DNA of 61,838 nucleotides, counting the filler. It is 7 parts of 7 records of this genome, joined end to end, with 100 filler letters (N's around TTAATTAATTAA, not from the genome) between each part and the next. Parts side by side here need not be neighbours in the genome. Positions count along the whole stretch, not along the records: positions 1 to 16,287 come from SRR31147125_3726; 6 more parts are not named here. One strand, 5' to 3'. Below are positions 1-10,299 of this stretch, in pieces. The notes beneath the pieces were generated by a model. That model was not told where the DNA came from, did not search any database, and saw nothing but the letters and a program-made list of their open reading frames with translations. A program made the translations under genes and the position numbers. Numbering within the stretch: position 1 is the first letter of the stretch; each line of letters starts with the position of its first letter.

Positions 1-375
1 AAAAATTGTGCTCTTTTAAGCAATTTATATTCAACAGACAGGATATGTACGATTTTAAACAAAGCTGAGTTTTCTATAAACTTTAAATTGCATGCAAATA
101 TTTTATCTACTATAGTGAACACGCCATTTATATCACTTGCATATCGTTCAAAATGTTTTGATTTTGCAAAGTCAATTAATTCTGCAGAATGCTGTATATC
201 CACAAGTGATAAAAAAATATTCTCTTTTATTGTTAAGCATGAACATATGATATCTAAAAGTAAATTTAAAGATATTTTAAAGAAAAGAAAGTATTGCAAA
301 AAGTATTATAATAGGCAATCTGATTTTTTGAAAAATTTAGATGAATACGGTAGATAAGGAGGTTTGAAATTATAA

Positions 376-1794
376 ATGAATGTATTAACCTTTGGGGATA
401 AAAATAAAAGCGAAGTATTAAAGTATCAAAACAAACTATACTACCTTGGTTACTATCAAGGACCTATAGATGGGTTGTTTGGTTTCTTTACTAAAAGAGC
501 TGTGAAGCGCTTTCAAAAAGATAATGGATTAATTCGAGATGGAATTATTGGATTAGCACCACACGGTAAGACAGGACCTGCAATTGATAAAGCTTATGAT
601 TTAAAATTGAAATCAGAAAATAGCGTATCCGAAGGCAGTATAAAAATGATAAAAACTGGGAGTGCTGAAAGCACTATAGTGATAAAGTATCAAAAAATGC
701 TTGCTGAGCTTGGTTACTACAGCGGAAAACTAGATGGTATTTTTGGACCGATTACAAAAAAGGCGACAGAGGAGTTTCAACAATCTAATCAACTTTATGT
801 AGATGGAATAATAGGTCTTTATCCAACTGGTGAAACTGGACCTGCAATAAAAAAAGCTTACGATTTATATTTGAGTGGAAATTTAGATCAAACACCATCT
901 CAATTGATTATTAGAGTAATGACTGAAATACAAAAGTGTGCAAACTCAAGCAGCGATTATTGGTATGGAGCAAATGCTTATACAACGCCTTCGCTCGAAT
1001 ACCTGAATAAGCTTAGAAAAACCCATAAAGACATCTATACTGAATCAAAATATGAGTATTTATTCGAAAGACTTAGTTCTGGAAAAACAAAATTTGTTAG
1101 TGATTGTTCTGGATATTGGTGGGGAGTGATGAACTCTAAACTAAGAGATATTTATGGCGAGTATGTCGATAGAACAGCCCATTCAACATTTGTAAAAGAA
1201 TGTGTAGAGATAAAGAAAGATCAAGTAAGATCAGGAGATATGGTTTTTCTAAGAAAAAGCTCGAATGGAAAGATATATCACATAGGGTATGTTGGTCTAG
1301 ATGGCTTGGTATATGAAGCAGCAGGAACCTATTATGGGGTTGTATCTTCGCCTCTTGATAATAGAAGATTGTATAATAACGCATCAAAAAAATGGGTGAA
1401 TAGCAAGCCTTGGAATCTTTTTGGTAGACCAAAAATATTTGTAGAAGGAGAAGTTAAAATGAGTGAAATAAGTATCAACGGAAATTTGAATGATGTATTA
1501 CAAATGCCAGCAATAGTAACAATATGCATGATTATTGGGCAGCTTATTAAAACATCGACAAAAAATCCAGTTGTAATAACAAAAATTCCAATGATTCTTG
1601 CATTTGTTGGAGGAGGGATAGGTATACTGTATTTTGTATTCCTTTTTCTGACTGGGGATCAGGCAGAAAGCTTAAATCCAATTTCATTTTTGCTTTCTGG
1701 AATGCTTTCTGGTTTGTCAAGTGTTGGGGTTCATCAAACTGCAAAACAGATAAGCGAAGCAAAATTACTACCTTATGATGAAGATATAGAATAA
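376..1794 (+). CDS. Cell-wall hydrolase (2x peptidoglycan-binding domain + NlpC/P60-like catalytic domain), read in frame into a holin; probably two genes
   Basis: Two 'LGYY.G..DG.FG..T..A...FQ....L..DGIIG' PG-binding repeats; YWYGA...SDCSG...HIG NlpC/P60 motifs; AAGGAGG RBS upstream. Confidence 0.85.
   Translation: MNVLTFGDKNKSEVLKYQNKLYYLGYYQGPIDGLFGFFTKRAVKRFQKDNGLIRDGIIGLAPHGKTGPAIDKAYDLKLKSENSVSEGSIKMIKTGSAESTIVIKYQKMLAELGYYSGKLDGIFGPITKKATEEFQQSNQLYVDGIIGLYPTGETGPAIKKAYDLYLSGNLDQTPSQLIIRVMTEIQKCANSSSDYWYGANAYTTPSLEYLNKLRKTHKDIYTESKYEYLFERLSSGKTKFVSDCSGYWWGVMNSKLRDIYGEYVDRTAHSTFVKECVEIKKDQVRSGDMVFLRKSSNGKIYHIGYVGLDGLVYEAAGTYYGVVSSPLDNRRLYNNASKKWVNSKPWNLFGRPKIFVEGEVKMSEISINGNLNDVLQMPAIVTICMIIGQLIKTSTKNPVVITKIPMILAFVGGGIGILYFVFLFLTGDQAESLNPISFLLSGMLSGLSSVGVHQTAKQISEAKLLPYDEDIE
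1459..1794 (+). CDS. Phage holin family protein (Hol44-like), likely a separate gene
   Basis: Own RBS GAAGGAG before in-frame ATG 1459; three hydrophobic segments; 'SGLSSVGVHQTAKQ' holin-type C-terminal motif. Confidence 0.7.
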   Translation: MSEISINGNLNDVLQMPAIVTICMIIGQLIKTSTKNPVVITKIPMILAFVGGGIGILYFVFLFLTGDQAESLNPISFLLSGMLSGLSSVGVHQTAKQISEAKLLPYDEDIE

Positions 1795-1801
1795 AAAATA
1801 T

Positions 1802-1846
1802 GCCGCGTAATCAAATTTTTTTTGGTTGCGTGGCTAGTTTATTTTC
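1802..1846 (+). terminator. Intrinsic terminator after lysin/holin
   Basis: GCCGCGTAATCAAA / TTTGGTTGCGTGGC stem (G:U pairs) followed by T-rich tract. Confidence 0.65.
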
Positions 1847-1863
1847 AAAAATGACGATTAAGT

Positions 1864-1890
1864 AACAATTTAATTTTAATAGCATACGAT
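1864..1890 (+). promoter_or_regulatory. Candidate sigmaK-type sporulation promoter for the CDP-sugar operon
   Basis: AAC-N16-CATACGAT resembles the sigmaK consensus AC-N16/17-CATAnnnT. Confidence 0.45.
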
Positions 1891-1984
1891 GAACTATACA
1901 TTAAATAATAATGACTATTACAGCAATCATATTTAGATTATGTACATAAAAAACAATAATAATCTTTAAATTGGAGAGTGTGAT

Positions 1985-2749
1985 ATGGAAGCTGTAATAC
2001 TTTGTGGTGGCAAAGGTATGCGAATGAAAGGCAGCACAGAAAAACTGCCCAAACCTCTGTTAGACATTGATGGGAAGCCGATTATTTGGCATGTTATGAA
2101 TATATATAGCAAATATGGAATTAAAGATTTTATACTGCCCTTAGGCTATAAAGGAAATTTATTTAAAGAATATTTTAACAATTATAAAACAAACCAAAAG
2201 GATTATAAACTTTCCTTAAAAGATAATACAATCGAATTCTTTGACTCGCCTGAAAATGATTGGAAAATTACTTTTGTTGATACTGGCATTGAAACTCAGA
2301 CTGCAGCTAGGGTGAAAAAAATAGAAAAGTTTATAACTGGCGATAAATTCTTTTTAACCTATGGCGATGGTATTTCGAATATAAATATTGATAACTTAAT
2401 TCAATATCATAATAAAAGAGGACGATTAGCTACGGCGACAGGTGTAGATTATCAAAGTGGTTATGGCGTTTTTACTATCGAAGACGGAATAGCTAAGCAA
2501 TTTTGCGAAAAGCCAATTTTAGACTTAACAATCAACGGTGGATACTTTGTGTTCAGCAGAGATATTTTTTCGTATTTATCGGAGCAAAACGAAGAAACGC
2601 TAGAAGTGGTATTGCTGAATAAATTATCCGAAATGGATGAGCTTTCTGTATATAAACATGATGGATATTGGATTGGAATAGACACCTATAAAGATTTATT
2701 AAAGGCTAGAAATATTCATCAAAAACTGATAAATAATATGGGGTCTTAA
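1985..2749 (+). CDS. rfbF: Glucose-1-phosphate cytidylyltransferase (RfbF/YfnH-like)
   Basis: AVILCGGKGMR...LPKPL, LGYKG, VDTG, FFLTYGDG, INGGYFV motifs; rfbG downstream. Confidence 0.85.
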   Translation: MEAVILCGGKGMRMKGSTEKLPKPLLDIDGKPIIWHVMNIYSKYGIKDFILPLGYKGNLFKEYFNNYKTNQKDYKLSLKDNTIEFFDSPENDWKITFVDTGIETQTAARVKKIEKFITGDKFFLTYGDGISNINIDNLIQYHNKRGRLATATGVDYQSGYGVFTIEDGIAKQFCEKPILDLTINGGYFVFSRDIFSYLSEQNEETLEVVLLNKLSEMDELSVYKHDGYWIGIDTYKDLLKARNIHQKLINNMGS

Positions 2750-2753
2750 GATC

Positions 2754-5049
2754 ATGAATAAAAAATTAGAAAAACTATCAAATGCAATAAAATATTTATA
2801 TCATAATGTTTTAGTATTTACTTCAAGATCGCTAAAACAAATAAATAGAGTTGCGCAAATATCATACAAAAAATCACTGTACTACTTGAGAATATTTAAA
2901 GTAAGAAGTATTTTTGCAGTTCAAAAATTTGGGAAAAACACGAAGCGTTATGCACAAGCTATATTTTCTTTTGTTAGAAAAATTAAATTTTCGGATTATA
3001 AAATTATACTGCACTCTTTTAAAAAAACTATTATTTATTTTAAAGGTCTGCTTAAAAAATTATATGATTTAATTTTAGTTGTTTTAACAAAGCGTAAAAA
3101 AACAAGCAAAACAAAGAGATATAAGCAAAGCAAAAATAATTTTTGCACCATATGTAGTGTTGGGTACTTATTCAAAGTTTTAGCTCTATACTATTCGCTA
3201 GAAAAGTATTCTAATGATTTTACTTTATATATATGTTGCTTGGACAATAAAATTTATACAATTTTAAACACACTTAAATTAGAAAAATGTGCACCTGTAT
3301 CTTTGTCAGAAATAAAAAACAGAGAGCTTATTAGTATTAAATCAAAAAGGAATATGAGTGAATTTTCTTGGACGCTAAAAAGCGTATTTATGGCTTATCT
3401 CTTTGAAGTGAATAAATTGCCGTCAGTTCTTTATTGTGATAGTGATGTTTGCTTCTTTGCTTCACCTAATCATATATATAAGGATTGGGGAAATGCATCG
3501 ACATACCTATGTTCGCAAAGAGACCTTGATTGGGTTGAAGATAAATATGGAAAATATCAAGCAGGTATTGTTGGTTTTAAAAATGACAGAATGGGCAGAA
3601 AAGCGTTGAGCTGGTGGAAGGCGAAATGTATGGAATGGTGTTATGCGTATGAGGACATTGAGCATAATAGTTGGGGAGATCAAAAATATCTAGATGAAAT
3701 CCCATTACTGTTCGATAATGTCAAAATATCAACACATAAGGGTATAAATGCAGCTCCTTGGAATACTGTTTACAACAACAATTATCAAGCCGTAAATATT
3801 AATAACAGAGTATATATAGAAAAATATCCTTTAGTAGCTTTTCATTTTGCTTTGGTAGATGTATATAGTGATAAGAAATTCGATTTATGGAATTTGTCAA
3901 AAATAGACATAAACAGCAGTGCAAAAACCAATATATATATTCCGTACTTAGAATCTTTGCGATATTCAATTAAAGTAGCTAGAAAAATTTTAGGTAAGCA
4001 GATTAAAGAACTATTTATTTCAAGAGCATTCGAAAAAGCATATACACCATTTATATACTCAAAATCTAATCTCATGCTTTCAAAATGGGACTACGTTTAT
4101 ACATTTTGCACGATATCAAGTACAAAATTTATTCCTAAAACCATAGCTTTATATGAATCATTAAAAAAGAAGTTGGATAACTTTCATATTTGGATTTGCT
4201 GTATGGATGATTATTCCTTCGAGGTCATAAAAAGCTTTCATTTAAAAAATGCTACTCTGATTAAATCAGTTGATATAGAAACTAATTTAGTAAAAAAAGC
4301 AAAGAAGACAAGAGAGCTAAATGAGTATTGCTGGACGCTGAAATCAGTTTTATGCAACTATTTGTTTTCAAAACTTAATATAGAACGATTATTATATATC
4401 GACTCAGATTTATACTTTTTTTCTCATCCAGAATTAATTCATAAGATATGGACTGGGTATTCAACTTTGCTAAATAAGCAAAGAGGATCGAGTAGATTAG
4501 AAAAAAACATGGAATTTTTCAAGCTGGAATAATTGGATTTTCGAATGATAAACAGTCGTTAGATGCACTTAACTGGTGGCAAAAAAAGTGTACTGAATGG
4601 TGTTATGATAATCACAATTATGATGATAGATGGGGAGATCAAAAGTATCTTCAACAATTACCGATAGAATTTTCCTCGATTAAGATTAATACGAACATAG
4701 GCATCATTGCTGCACCTTGGAATATAGTAATGAATTACAAAAAAGAATATCTTATAACAAAAGAAAAAAGAATATTTTAATTGGACGAAAAAAGCTTGTC
4801 TGCTTTCACTTTGGAAGTGTTGATATATATAACAAAAATGAATTTGATATGTGGAGACGTGAGAAATTAAATTTTGATGATAGTGTTATCAAATATTTAT
4901 ATAAACCTTATTTTGCACATCTGCAAAATATACTTGATAGAGTAGAACTAAAGGGGTTTGACACTCGTAAGATTTTTGAGAAAAAGGACTCAAATAAAAA
5001 TGTCAATCCATTAACTATTCGTTATTATATGTTGAAAGGAAAAGGATGA
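2754..5049 (+). CDS. Glycosyltransferase with two tandem YfnD-like GT-A domains and a basic N-terminal extension; two frameshifts (~4505, ~4750)
   Basis: Motif set FCTI..ALY.SL..WTLKS..DSD..QAG..WW..EWC..WGDQKYL..AAPWN..FHF occurs twice; the second copy continues in shifted frames across 4510-5049. Confidence 0.8.
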
Positions 5050-6015
5050 TGGAACTCTATTCAACTTTTCTAAAAAACAAAAAAGTCTTAGTTGATGGTG
5101 GGTGCGGATTTATTGGTTCGCATTTGGTTAATCAATTATTAACGATTGGTTCGCAAGTAACTGTTATTAGTAGACGTGCGTTCGCATCCAAATTTTTAGA
5201 AAGTAAAAAGGATTTACAATTTTTTCAGGCGGATATAACAGATGCATCTTTATTAGAAGGTATTTTTTTAAAAGTTAAGCCAGATTGCGTATTTCATCTA
5301 GCCGCATATGGGGTGGATTCGAAGCAACAGGATATAGATGCGGCAACTAATATAAATGTTAATGGTGTAATAAATGTATTAAAAGCTATGGTTGAATCAG
5401 ATTGTTCTCGTATTGTGAATATTGGGAGCAGCTCTGAATATGGGGAATATCATCACAAAATTGATGAAAAAACTCTTTTTGAAACCAAAAAGCATTTATG
5501 GTAGTACAAAAGGAGCGGCAACACTTATTGCACATCAGTTTGCTAGGCAAAACGGAATTGATATCGTTACACTACGACCCTTTGGTGTTTTTGGAGAAGG
5601 TGAACCACCGCATAAGTTGTTCTGTTACGCAATATTAAATTTGCTAAATAATAATGATCTAGAATTAACATCTTGTATACAAAAAAGAGATTATTGTTAT
5701 GTGGGAAATATTGTTCAAGCGATGCTGGCTTGTATGGCATCAACACATATTAAAAATGAAATATATAATATTGGCACGGGAGTGGTGAACCCACTAAAAT
5801 ACTATGTAGAAAAAATATATGACATAATAAAGCCAAATTGTAAAATAAAATACGGATGTATAGAACATAGAAAGAATGAGGTATGGTCGCCGTGTCCGCA
5901 AATACAAAAAATAAAACAGGATTTATTGTGGACGCCAAAATACACGCTGGAACAAGGCTTGGAAAAAACAATAAATTGGTTTCGGTGTAATAAACAAAAG
6001 TATGAAGTGGGGTAA
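5046..6015 (+). CDS. NAD-dependent epimerase/dehydratase (CDP-deoxyhexose reductase-like); frameshift ~5478
   Basis: GGCGFIG Rossmann motif, HLAA, GSSSEYG in the first ORF; YGSTK (YxxxK) and LRPFGVFG in the overlapping ORF. Confidence 0.85.
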
Positions 6016-7126
6016 GGATTTGACGAGTGTAGATAATAATTTAGATAATGGATTTTTTGCGAATCTACGGGGAAAGAAAATCCTTGTTACAGGGCATACA
6101 GGATTCAAAGGAACTTGGCTTTCAATATGGCTGGAATCAATTGGTGCACAAGTGATTGGCTATAGTCTAGAAAACCAGAATGAATCCAGTATTTTTAAAA
6201 TGGCAAACTTAGAAAATAGAATTGATCACTTTATAGGGGATATACGAGATCTGGAAAGATTAGAGTACGTATTTACAACAAAAAAACCAGATGCAGTTAT
6301 TCATCTTGCCGCGCAAGCTCTTGTACAACAATCCTATAAGAATCCTCATAATACGTATGAGGTAAATGTTATGGGGACTTTAAATATACTGGAGCGAATT
6401 AGAAAATCAGAAAGCTGTAACGTGGGCATAATTGTTACCAGCGACAAATGCTACGAGAATAAAGAGATAATCAGCGGGTATAGAGAAACGGACACCTTAG
6501 GAGGTGACGATATATACGCTTCAAGCAAAGCTTGCACAGAGCTACTTGTAAGCTCTTACCGCAGTTCTTTCTTTGATTTGTCTCAATATAAAGATCATAA
6601 AAAGCTTCTTATTACTGCTAGAGCAGGCAATGTTATTGGAGGTGGAGACTGGGCGGATTTTCGTATTGTACCAGATTGCATCAGAGCGCTTTTGAAGAAT
6701 AAAAAGATTTTCCTTAGAAATCCAAAGGCCATAAGACCATGGCAACATGTGATGGAACCGTTATTTGGCTATATGATGCTTTTGGATAAATCCTTTAAAA
6801 AAGAAACAAGCTATTCAGGTGCTTGGAATTTTGGACCTGATTTTGAAAACGTAATATCTGTAGTGGAATTAGTAGAAAAAGTATTTGCATTATGGGGTAA
6901 TGGAGAGTATATAACGCAAGGTGATACATCGAACTATGGACATGAAAGTAGTTTTTTAAACTTAGATTCATGTAAAGCAAAGCAATATTTAAAATGGTAT
7001 CCAGTATGGGATATTGATCAAACAGTTCGAAAGACTGTGGAGTGGTATAAAGGGTATGAACAGACGGATGTATATACACTATGTCTTAATCAGATAAGAG
7101 ACTTCTGCAATGATGCTTGTTTATAA
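6002..7126 (+). CDS. rfbG: CDP-glucose 4,6-dehydratase (RfbG/YfnG-like)
   Basis: VTGHTGFKGTWL, HLAAQ, TSDKCYEN, YASSK, ARAGNVIGGGDW, RPWQHV motifs. Confidence 0.93.
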   Translation: MKWGKDLTSVDNNLDNGFFANLRGKKILVTGHTGFKGTWLSIWLESIGAQVIGYSLENQNESSIFKMANLENRIDHFIGDIRDLERLEYVFTTKKPDAVIHLAAQALVQQSYKNPHNTYEVNVMGTLNILERIRKSESCNVGIIVTSDKCYENKEIISGYRETDTLGGDDIYASSKACTELLVSSYRSSFFDLSQYKDHKKLLITARAGNVIGGGDWADFRIVPDCIRALLKNKKIFLRNPKAIRPWQHVMEPLFGYMMLLDKSFKKETSYSGAWNFGPDFENVISVVELVEKVFALWGNGEYITQGDTSNYGHESSFLNLDSCKAKQYLKWYPVWDIDQTVRKTVEWYKGYEQTDVYTLCLNQIRDFCNDACL

Positions 7127-7366
7127 GTCGCAAAAAAGCAGAGTTACAGTATGTAGTTATAACTAGCAGGATATCGATACAAAAACTTATACTATAACAA
7201 TAGCTGCTTTTTAAAACTATAATTGAATTATTGCTAATTTTTAATCATATAATAAATGTTAAAGCTTGATGATAGAGATAATGATGTTAAGTGAATCGCT
7301 TTTTGAATATGATACATAAGGATATCTAGATTACTTAAATAAATATCTTTAAAAAGGACTGAAATT

Positions 7367-8634
7367 ATGGAAAAATGCAATGATAAATTAGTGAGATCTT
7401 TAGAAAGAGCAAGTGAATTAAAAGATAGAGTGTCGGAATATTCTGAAGCCAAAAAAGATATAAAAACAGGCTTTACGGAAATAGAAAAGACTCAACAAAG
7501 AAAAGATAAAATCCTTAAAGTGCTAGGCGGCAATGACAGGGATTGGAATGATTATAAATGGCAATTAAAGAATAGAATCAGTGACGTAGAAACATTGAAT
7601 AAAATCATGAGCCTTTCTGAAAAAGAAACAATTATGATTAAAAAAGTAGGCAACCGCTTTAGATGGACGATTTCACCGTATTATTTGAGTTTAATAGATC
7701 CGGAAAATAAGCTGGACCCTATAAGGTTGATGTCTATTCCTGTATATGCAGAGTTGGATGATGCTAGTGGAGAGTTAGACCCGATGAAAGAGGCGTATAA
7801 TAATCCTGCTGGATGCATTACAAGAAGATATCCTGATCGAGTGATAATGAATGTAACAAACGAGTGTGCTATGTATTGTAGGTTCTGTCAAAGAAGAAGG
7901 AATATTGGTACGCATGATAATACGACTTCAAAATCGATTATTGAAGAATCTATAGACTATATTGGTGAAAATTCAGAAATCAGAGATGTTCTTATAACAG
8001 GTGGAGATTGTTTAAGTTTAAGTGATCATTTATTAGAGGAAATCATTAAAAAACTAAGAGCGATTAACCATGTTGAAATCATTCGTCTAGGAACAAGAAT
8101 GATAGTTACTTTGCCGCAAAGAATAACTGAAAATCTTTGTAATGTGTTAAAAGTACATCATCCTATTTATATCAATACGCATTTTAATAGCCCAATAGAG
8201 GTTACGCCAGAGTCGAAAATGGCGTGTGATAGATTGGCGGACGCTGGTGTTCCATTAGGAAATCAAGCGGTATTGTTGAATGGTGTTAATAACCAAAAAA
8301 ATGTCATGAAAAAATTGAACCAAGAATTATTGAAGTGCAGGGTAAAGCCATACTATATTTTTATCCAAAAAATGTAATGGGAACATCGCATTTTTGCACA
8401 TCTATAAACGAAGGGCTAGAAATTGTAAAAGACTTAAGAGGTCACACATCTGGGTTGGCTATTCCTACTTTTATAGTGAATGCTCCTGATGGAAAAGGTA
8501 AAATACCACTTGTTCAAGATAATATTATAGAACTAAATGACGAATACGCTGTTTTAAAAACGTGGGAGGGCGATATAGTAACCGTTAAAAATCATAAATC
8601 AAAAGATATGAAAGACTATTATGATCACATATAG
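7367..8634 (+). CDS. eam: Glutamate 2,3-aminomutase (KamA-family radical SAM/PLP enzyme); frameshift ~8362
   Basis: RRYPDR, CAMYCRFC radical-SAM motif, GNQAVLL, PLP Lys in GKGK; N-terminal 'SLERASELK..DW.DYKWQL'; Lys (F.PK) and Asn (IVNAP) where lysine aminomutase has Asp293/Asp330. Confidence 0.88.
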
Positions 8635-8669
8635 TAAGTGCAAATATTTTGAGAGCTTTATTTCATTTT

Positions 8670-8697
8670 AACCAACATATAGATATGCACATATAAT
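8670..8697 (+). promoter_or_regulatory. Candidate sigmaK promoter for the YheC/D gene
   Basis: AACC-N16-CATATAAT, close to the sigmaK consensus. Confidence 0.55.
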
Positions 8698-8734
8698 ATT
8701 ATAACCGTTATTATGTATTGTTTATGAAAGAAGG

Positions 8735-10114
8735 ATGTTAAATATGAAATATAAAAATGTTACTGTTGAAGAATCTACTAATGAACAAAACTCAATTTAT
8801 AAGATTAGTATTCCTGAAAAAATACTGGATGAATCTTTTGAATTTGAACCATATAAATTATTAACTTTAAAGGTTGGATTAAGCGAATATAAAGTATTGC
8901 CATCGGTAAATGATTCTAGCGAAAGAATAGAACTACCGCAAGCACTAATGGAGGAAATAGGGCTATATTCTGGCTATAGTTGTAATGCATATTTAAAGCG
9001 AGGAGTGCTTAGCTTAGGTCCAGTCGTTGCAATTTTTGTGTCGAAAATTATGATTCGCAAAGCAAAGAAGCAAGTGTTTTCTCCTAATGGATATGAATAT
9101 TTAAACGCAAATAAGATTGCCAAATGTATACTGTATTTTTTCTGCGTTGATGATGTAGACTTGATCAACCATAAGGTCGATGGAACAATTTATAACCAAA
9201 AAAATTCTTGTTTCGAAAAGAGAAGTTTTCCGCTGCCAAATATACTTTATGATCGCGGAGGATCTAGATATAATTTGGCTAATGTTTCCAACTATATTCG
9301 AAGCCAATTTGAAAAAACAAATAAAATGAGAAAAATTAATGCTCAAAGTTATTTTGATAAATTGGATCTTTATCATGTTATTACTGAAAATAAAGATTTA
9401 AATGTGCATCAGCCATTTACAACATCGTATTCAGAAGAGAATTTACTAGATTTATTTACTGAAAATAAAACGTTATACGTGAAAGCACGTTTAGGCAGTA
9501 ATGGCAGATCTGTTATGAAAATTGAAAAGCAATCAGACCTATCGTATAAATGTAGTACTGCTAGAGATAACGTTATATGTACTACTGTTAATACTGTGGA
9601 CGAAGTGAATCGAGAAATAAAAGATTTTTTCCAAAACAGAGAATTGCTTATCCAGTCTGAAATTGAGTTATTTAAAATAGATGATTGTATTGTAGATATG
9701 AGAGCAACTGTTCAAAGAGATGCTAATGGTGTATTAGGTATAACAGTATATGTTGTTAGAGTGGCTCAAAAGGATTCGCCTGTCACAAGTACGGCTTCGG
9801 GCTCAAATGTTTATTCATTTGATGAATTTTTCAAAAGTAAAAGTAACTATTCTCAAGAGCAATTAGTGAGTTTGAAATCTGAAGTTGATGATTTTTTAAT
9901 AAAGGTTTATAAGCATATAGAAAATCACTATGGCTCTTTTGGCGAAATGGGAATAGATTTTGGCATCGATAACTATGGTAAAATATGGTTTATAGAAAGC
10001 AATTCTAAGCCGGCAAAAAGCACGATTCATTTATTAGGTGATTATAAGATTCTTCAAAGGTCCTACTTGTACCCACTTGAATATGCAAAATACTTGGCCG
10101 CTTTAAATCTTTAG
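8735..10114 (+). CDS. YheC/YheD family endospore coat-associated ATP-grasp protein
   Basis: LGPVVAI, FPLPNILYDR, FDK, YVKA..GS.GR.V, DMRA.VQR, FGEMGIDFGID..GKIWFIE.NSKP, YPLEYAKYL motifs. Confidence 0.88.
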   Translation: MLNMKYKNVTVEESTNEQNSIYKISIPEKILDESFEFEPYKLLTLKVGLSEYKVLPSVNDSSERIELPQALMEEIGLYSGYSCNAYLKRGVLSLGPVVAIFVSKIMIRKAKKQVFSPNGYEYLNANKIAKCILYFFCVDDVDLINHKVDGTIYNQKNSCFEKRSFPLPNILYDRGGSRYNLANVSNYIRSQFEKTNKMRKINAQSYFDKLDLYHVITENKDLNVHQPFTTSYSEENLLDLFTENKTLYVKARLGSNGRSVMKIEKQSDLSYKCSTARDNVICTTVNTVDEVNREIKDFFQNRELLIQSEIELFKIDDCIVDMRATVQRDANGVLGITVYVVRVAQKDSPVTSTASGSNVYSFDEFFKSKSNYSQEQLVSLKSEVDDFLIKVYKHIENHYGSFGEMGIDFGIDNYGKIWFIESNSKPAKSTIHLLGDYKILQRSYLYPLEYAKYLAALNL

Positions 10115-10143
10115 AAAGAATAGAAATGTTTAAAAAAAGTACC

Positions 10144-10281
10144 AATGCAATCAAGCCAGTAAGCATCAACATTTATATGTGATTTTTGATTATTCTAAAT
10201 AAATTTCATCTGGATAATGAGCAAACTTTTTAAAAATTGATTTTGGATGTTGATGCTGATTTCTGGCTTTGCAATTGCATT
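10144..10281 (+). other. Long imperfect inverted repeat or rod-like hairpin between convergent genes (candidate ncRNA or bidirectional terminator)
   Basis: 10144-10172 pairs with 10246-10281, and inner segments also pair. Confidence 0.5.
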
Positions 10282-10299
10282 TTGCGCAGTTCGCCTCTT

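Noticed and set aside
88-357. 89-aa ORF upstream of the lysin
   Set aside because: TTG start without an RBS, no motifs, and it overlaps the probable promoter region
7367-8634. Lysine 2,3-aminomutase (kamA) or EF-P modifier EpmB
   Set aside because: Substrate-site residues are Lys/Asn, the N-terminus is Eam-like, and there are no lysine-fermentation or efp/epmA neighbours
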